Part shown: piece by piece, positions 37,794-42,570 of the stretch
Numbering within the stretch: the stretch's first letter is position 1
Layout: every line of letters starts with the position of its first letter
DNA from: Bacilli bacterium
GTDB taxonomy: Bacteria > Bacillota_I > Bacilli_A > RF39 > UBA660
Direction of reading: 5' to 3'
NCBI GenBank assembly: GCA_022801735.1
Contig: JAAWSW010000002.1
Span: 1-42,570, forward strand
Length of the DNA: 42,570 bases
The notes under the pieces: generated by a model
The model's database searches: none
Told to the model about the DNA's origin: nothing
The model's input: the letters and a program-made list of their open reading frames with translations, nothing else
Position numbers and translations under genes: made by a program

Positions 37794-39041
37794 ATGGATT
37801 ATATAAAAAAAGAAATGGGTAATTATAATTTATATTTTATAAAGACTACAAAATTTAAAACTATTAATTTGTTTGTAAATTTAAAAAGACAAAGTACAAA
37901 AGAGGATGAAGTTTATTGTTCTATTCTTAGGCGTTTACTTACTTATGCAACTGATGATTATCATACAATTGATGAGTTAAGTCGTGCTGGTATGGCATTA
38001 TATGGTCCTTCTGTTAGATTCACTGTTCCAAGATTTGGGATGGATAGAAGTTTTATTTTAAATTCTTCTTTTGTTAATGAAAAATATACTGAGGAAGGAA
38101 TGAATGAAAAGTCTATTAATTATGTGCTATCTCATTTGTGGAATCCTTATATAGTTGATGGAGCGTTTGATGAAGAAATTTTTAGTTTATGTGTTCATGA
38201 ATATGTTGAAAAGATGCGTAATATTAAAGATGATCCAGAGGGATATGCTGCTGAACGTATTTGGGAGGAAATGGATATTTACCCAATTGGTGAATTGAAT
38301 TTTAGTGAATGTGCTGATTTTGCACTTACTTTAACTAAGGAAGATTTATATGAATATTATTTATCTTTATTTGAAAAGGATTGTTTAGATATTTTTGTTA
38401 CTGGTGATTTTGATTATGATGAAATGACTAGAATTATTGAAGAAAATGTAAAGGGTAATTTTAATCCTAGTTATAAAAGCCGTGAGATTAAACAAAGACC
38501 TAGAAAAGAAAAAAAGATAATTGATTATTCTGATACTGAACAAAGTAAACTATCTATTGGTCTTAGATATGTTGATTTGACTGAATTTGAACGTAAATAT
38601 GTTTCTCTTGTCTATAATAGTGTTTTAGGTGGTGGATGGAATTCTAAATTAAATATGGTTGTTAGGGAAGAAAATTCTTTGTGTTATTACATTTATGCTC
38701 AAAGAAAAATTCCGTTTAATATATCAATTATTAATTCTGGTATTGATAAAAATGATGTTGATAAGGCTATTGAACTTATAAGGCAGCAAATGGAACTTAT
38801 GAAAATAGACGTTAGTGAATCCGATATTCAAAGAGTAAAGGATACTTATAATAATGCTTTAACGCAAATAGAAGATAATCAAGGGTCTATTACTGATAAT
38901 GTTGTTTCAGAAGTTTTGGCAGATACTGATAGTATTGAAGAAAGAAGAATTAACATGAATAAGGTAACTTGCGAGGATGTTATGAATATGGCTAGTAAGG
39001 TTTACTTGGATACTATTTATTTACTTAAAGGTGGTGAGTAA
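37794..39041 (+). CDS. M16 (pitrilysin)-family protein lacking the zinc motif (probable non-catalytic subunit).
   Basis: Length and paired arrangement with the next gene. No HxxEH motif seen. Confidence 0.7.
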   Translation: MDYIKKEMGNYNLYFIKTTKFKTINLFVNLKRQSTKEDEVYCSILRRLLTYATDDYHTIDELSRAGMALYGPSVRFTVPRFGMDRSFILNSSFVNEKYTEEGMNEKSINYVLSHLWNPYIVDGAFDEEIFSLCVHEYVEKMRNIKDDPEGYAAERIWEEMDIYPIGELNFSECADFALTLTKEDLYEYYLSLFEKDCLDIFVTGDFDYDEMTRIIEENVKGNFNPSYKSREIKQRPRKEKKIIDYSDTEQSKLSIGLRYVDLTEFERKYVSLVYNSVLGGGWNSKLNMVVREENSLCYYIYAQRKIPFNISIINSGIDKNDVDKAIELIRQQMELMKIDVSESDIQRVKDTYNNALTQIEDNQGSITDNVVSEVLADTDSIEERRINMNKVTCEDVMNMASKVYLDTIYLLKGGE

Positions 39042-39042
39042 T

Positions 39043-40314
39043 ATGGAAAAGAAAACTTATAATAATTTAGAGTTGGATGTTTATGAAGAAGTTTTAGACA
39101 ATGGTCTTCATATGTTTGTTTGTCCAATGGATAGAAATGAAGTTTTTGCTAAAATAACTACTTTATATGGTTCTTCTATATTAGAGTTTAAACCGCATGG
39201 TAAAGATGAATTTATAGAAATTCCAAAAGGAACTGCTCATTTTTTGGAACATAAAATGTTTGCTAAAAAAGATGGCGAGGATATTATGAATAAGTTCCAA
39301 CAAAATGGTGCTAGCAATAATGCTTTTACATCTTCTCATGTAACTAGTTATTATTTTTCGGCTCCTAATAAGTTTTTTGAAAATTTGGAAAATTTATTAC
39401 ATTTAGTAACTGAACCTTATTATACTGATGAAAATGTTTTGAAAGAGCAAGGTATTATAGATCAAGAAATAAAAGCGGGATTTGATGATCCTGAGCAAAG
39501 TGCTTATTATACGACTTTGTTTAATACTTTTTCTAAGTTACCTTATCGTTATCCAGTTGCTGGTTATACTAATAGTATTAAGGATATAACTCCTGAGATT
39601 TTATATGATTGTTATAATACTTTTTATCATCCATCAAATATGGTTTTAACTATTACTGGTAATGTAGATGCCTTAGAAACAATTAAGTTTGTTAAGGAAT
39701 TTTATGCTAAGTTAGATTATAAAAATATGCCACAAATAGAGGTTAAAGAATATGATGAACCTAGAGAAGTATTTAAAGAAGAGGAAATTATGTATAAGGA
39801 TATTTCTAATTATATTTTAGAAAATGGATATAAGGTTTATCTTAAAGATATTGATGTAGATTTATTAAAAGTTTTACAATATGTGGAAATGTATTTAGCA
39901 ATTAAATTTGGTTCTATTTCTAAGTTTAATCAGGAATGTTTTGAAGATAAAAATATTTTAACACCTATTCGTTATATGTTTGATAATAAAGATGATTATT
40001 TATATATTGATTTCGATACTAAAGTTATAGAGAAGAAAGATATATTTGAAAGAATATATAATAATATTAATGATAAAGAATTTTCTAAAGAAGACTTTGA
40101 CTTGATTTTAAAAAATATTTTAAGGGCTACTATATTGATGTCTGAAAATGTAGGTAGAATGAATAATTCTATTGATTATCAATTTAGAAAGTATGGAAGA
40201 GTTGTTTATGATATTTATGATGTATATAAGAGTTTAAATTATGAAGAATGTGTTAAAGTTATTAATGCTTTAGATTTTACTCATAATACTAGAACTATTG
40301 TAACTAAAAAATAA
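39043..40314 (+). CDS. M16-family zinc peptidase (catalytic subunit).
   Basis: GTAHFLEHKMF (HxxEH). Start re-called to ATG 39043, 1 nt after the upstream stop. Confidence 0.8.
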   Translation: MEKKTYNNLELDVYEEVLDNGLHMFVCPMDRNEVFAKITTLYGSSILEFKPHGKDEFIEIPKGTAHFLEHKMFAKKDGEDIMNKFQQNGASNNAFTSSHVTSYYFSAPNKFFENLENLLHLVTEPYYTDENVLKEQGIIDQEIKAGFDDPEQSAYYTTLFNTFSKLPYRYPVAGYTNSIKDITPEILYDCYNTFYHPSNMVLTITGNVDALETIKFVKEFYAKLDYKNMPQIEVKEYDEPREVFKEEEIMYKDISNYILENGYKVYLKDIDVDLLKVLQYVEMYLAIKFGSISKFNQECFEDKNILTPIRYMFDNKDDYLYIDFDTKVIEKKDIFERIYNNINDKEFSKEDFDLILKNILRATILMSENVGRMNNSIDYQFRKYGRVVYDIYDVYKSLNYEECVKVINALDFTHNTRTIVTKK

Positions 40315-40481
40315 AATTTGTAGTAAAAGATGTGTAGATTTAGTAAATTGGTTTTAGCCAAAATAACAAATTGGTAAGGTTTTTGTTACAAAAAAGGTAA
40401 ATTTGTATTTTGCTTAATGAAATCCTTTCTTGTATATTACAAAGCAAACTTATTTATAAGTTAATGAGAAAGGAGAATAAT

Positions 40482-41309
40482 ATGGCAAAAGAGTTTTATA
40501 AAGCTAGTAATGATAGTGTATTTAAAGCGATATTTTGTAATAAGAGTAATAAAGATTTATTAGAAAAATTAATAGAAGTTTCGATTAAGAAAAAAGTAAA
40601 AGTAAATGATCCTTTAATGCAAGAAGTATTAAAGCCTAGTGTATTTATAAAAAATAAAACATTAGATGTTTTAACTGAAAGTACAGATAAAAAGTCAAAA
40701 TATAATATAGAACTTAATGTAGGACATTATGACGGATTAAATAATAGGAATGCTGGATATATATTTAGCAAATATTCAGAAGATGTAAAAGTGTCGGAAA
40801 ACTATAACAATATGCATAACTTTATTCAAATTAATTTAACGAGTGGACTAGGGATAGACTATGAACTAGTTAATACATATAAGTTGATAGATCCTAAAAC
40901 AGGTAATTATTTTATCAAAAATTTAACAATATACGAATTTAATCTAGATAAGATAAAAGATACATGTTATACTAAGGGTGAAAAAGAATATAAAATACTT
41001 GCTGCCTTGTGTTGTGATAAAGAAGAGTTACATGAATTATGTAAAGGAGATAAAGTATTAGAGAAACTAGAAAGAGAGGTTATTAAATTGAATAAAGATC
41101 CAGAATTTATAGAATTTTTAAGTGCCGAAGAGGACGCTAAAAAGGTGCATAATACACTAATGAATAATGCTAAAGAAGAGGGTCTTGCTGAAGGAATTGA
41201 ACAAAATAAAATAACAATTGCAAAAAACATGCTTAAAGATAATATACCTATTGATACAATAATTAAATACACTACTTTAACAAAAGATGAGATAGAGAGT
41301 TTGAAATAA
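40482..41309 (+). CDS. Rpn-family recombination-promoting nuclease / PD-(D/E)XK putative transposase.
   Basis: N-terminal NDSVFKAIFCNKSNKDLL and C-terminal GIEQNKITIAKNMLKDNIPIDTIIKYTTLTKDEIESLK are typical of this family. AAGGAG SD precedes ATG 40482. Confidence 0.8.
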   Translation: MAKEFYKASNDSVFKAIFCNKSNKDLLEKLIEVSIKKKVKVNDPLMQEVLKPSVFIKNKTLDVLTESTDKKSKYNIELNVGHYDGLNNRNAGYIFSKYSEDVKVSENYNNMHNFIQINLTSGLGIDYELVNTYKLIDPKTGNYFIKNLTIYEFNLDKIKDTCYTKGEKEYKILAALCCDKEELHELCKGDKVLEKLEREVIKLNKDPEFIEFLSAEEDAKKVHNTLMNNAKEEGLAEGIEQNKITIAKNMLKDNIPIDTIIKYTTLTKDEIESLK

Positions 41310-41357
41310 ATAACTTTCTATCCTTTTTGTTTTTAATAAAAAATTTTTAAAATAATT

Positions 41358-41661
41358 GATTTAGGTCAAAGTATTGTTGATGAAAAAAATTAACTTGGAA
41401 TGGAAAAATAGGTCTTTTGTCTATTAGCGGGTTTGTGAGAGGAAGTATAAATGAAAAGTGTAGGAAAATATAGTGGTTGGCTTATTACTTCTTATGTTGT
41501 TAATAGGCGTGATTCCTTTTTAGTCAAAAACAACAGGCCTTACTAGTAGTCATGGTAAAGGGTCTGCTGGAGAAGAAAATATTGTGCCAGTTTTATCCTT
41601 AAAACCTGATGTTGTTATAAATGGTAATGGGAGTTTTGATGATCCTTTTATAATTAAATAG
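41358..41661 (+). pseudogene. 5'-truncated, frameshifted remnant of a fourth secreted-family paralog.
   Basis: Three successive frames read DLGQSIVDEK / TWNGKIGLLSISGFVRGSINEKC / KYSGWLITSYVVNRRDSFLVKNN / GLTSSHGKGSAGEENIVPVLSLKPDVVINGNGSFDDPFIIK*. These match the WNGK...W(M/L)xSP...LP.VY(I/L)K...G.G...(P)(Y/F).I tail of the family. Confidence 0.65.
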
Positions 41662-41700
41662 GTTTAATTCTGTTATATTGCATATAATTTATAGTGATAG

Positions 41701-41729
41701 TTGCATTTTTCCTAAAAATATGATAAAAT
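41701..41729 (+). promoter_or_regulatory. SigA promoter of secG.
   Basis: TTGCAT (41701-41706), 17 nt, TGaTAAAAT (TAAAAT at 41724-41729). Confidence 0.55.
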
Positions 41730-41753
41730 TTATGGAGTTGGGAGGAACGTAAT

Positions 41754-41972
41754 ATGCAAATACTATTAATTATACTTTCAATTTTATTAATTGCTATTGT
41801 AATTTTACAAAGTGGTAAATCTGCTACTGCTAGTAGTAGTATTATGGGCGGAAATGATGAATTATTTGCAAACCGTAAAGAAAGAGGTAGTGAACTTTTT
41901 ATAACAAGACTTACTTGGGTTTTGGGATTTGCTTTCTTTATTGTTTGTATCGTAATGGAATTTGTAATGTAA
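41754..41972 (+). CDS. secG: Preprotein translocase subunit SecG.
   Basis: 72 aa, two TM segments, LQSGKS...GG motif. Confidence 0.88.
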   Translation: MQILLIILSILLIAIVILQSGKSATASSSIMGGNDELFANRKERGSELFITRLTWVLGFAFFIVCIVMEFVM

Positions 41973-42018
41973 TAGCCCTAAATAGGGTTTTTTTAATCTA
42001 AAATAAAGGAGGAATATA

Positions 42019-42450
42019 ATGGCTAATAAACCAGGAATAACGCAGTATATTGATTTAACTGATCAAACTAAAGAAGAGCGTTTAGATGAATTTGCACGTA
42101 CTATTGATTTAGCATTAGATAGCTTGGCTAGAAAAAAATATGGTGTTCAATCTTTTACAGATATAGTTGTTGTGGCTTGTAATAAAATTATGGATATTTT
42201 TGATGTTAATGAAATATTTGAAATTAGATTAAGTCAAGGCGATTGTGTTAGAACTTCAGCATATTTACCTAAAGATGAGGAAGGATTTTATTCATTATTT
42301 GTAGAGGCTGTTAGTGAAAGCAATGAGCAATATAAAAAACAAGAAATTAGTGTTGAAGAGTTTTTTGTTTCATTAGTGCTTGCTGAAGAAAATTTAAGTG
42401 AAAGTTTACAGCCTAAAGGTTTTGTTATTGTTAAAAAAAATAGAAATTAA
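42019..42450 (+). CDS. Hypothetical acidic protein.
   Basis: AAGGAGG SD upstream, 143-aa ORF, strong terminator downstream. Confidence 0.55.
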   Translation: MANKPGITQYIDLTDQTKEERLDEFARTIDLALDSLARKKYGVQSFTDIVVVACNKIMDIFDVNEIFEIRLSQGDCVRTSAYLPKDEEGFYSLFVEAVSESNEQYKKQEISVEEFFVSLVLAEENLSESLQPKGFVIVKKNRN

Positions 42451-42476
42451 GACTTTGGAATAAAGTCTTTTTTTGT
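42450..42476 (+). terminator. Intrinsic terminator.
   Basis: agacttt / aaagtct 7-bp stem, 5-nt loop, T7 run. Confidence 0.8.
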
Positions 42477-42570
42477 TTTTATTTAATTTGAACCTAAGAA
42501 CAGTGGAACCACAATCTACTATGTTTACTTTTTGTTTATAGAATAAGCATAAATGATTTTTTTAATTGCA

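Noticed and set aside
40341-40413. Extended collinear homology between the upstream regions of the two Rpn-derived copies, which would indicate defined element ends.
   Set aside because: The matching 9-25-nt patches (tagtaaatt, ggttttag, tttttgtt.caaaaa) occur in a different order in the two loci. No inverted repeats or target duplications are seen, so element boundaries cannot be called.

Overview
This is a very AT-rich Bacillota (Firmicutes) chromosomal window that uses the standard genetic code: TGA acts as a stop and Trp is TGG. All but one real gene is on the + strand. The backbone is housekeeping. It includes pyrG, cls, a reduced dcw block (class B PBP, mraY, ftsW), rimM-trmD-rplS, lepB, rbgA, mrnC-rlmB-sigH, uvrA, a D-Ala-D-Ala carboxypeptidase, yqeG-like, deoD, an M16 peptidase pair and secG.

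Small accessory insertions interrupt this backbone:
- An AbiEi/AbiEii type IV TA/abortive-infection cassette.
- An ORF6N (KilA-N-like) gene.
- A Fic gene plus two GNAT genes between lepB and rbgA.
- An Rpn-family (PD-(D/E)XK) nuclease gene and a decayed mini-copy of it.

Five observations stand out:
- An unannotated secreted-protein family is present as three intact or partial paralogs (1-1179, 2970-4346, 20925-21809) plus one frameshifted remnant (about 41358-41661). Two copies bracket pyrG and share a near-identical 0.49-kb DNA block. A third copy heads an operon that ends in an orphan prepilin-type gene.
- The Fic cassette is bounded by perfect 49-bp direct repeats. The AbiE cassette is bounded by imperfect repeats of about 30 bp. 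Both repeat pairs contain a terminator hairpin.
- A leader of about 190 nt lies upstream of an M20 deacylase-GNAT pair. It is rod-like, ends in a terminator, and contains a 13-codon mini-ORF with three consecutive Arg codons.
- A consensus promoter with an embedded Cheo-box-like site drives an unknown gene that is translationally coupled to uvrA.
- pyrG has a leader terminator.

I saw no rRNA, tRNA, CRISPR array, integrase or IS element with inverted repeats. Several track ORFs begin upstream of the likely true start. I re-called those starts from Shine-Dalgarno spacing and from promoters or terminators lying inside the extensions. All family names come from motif recognition by eye, not from database searches.
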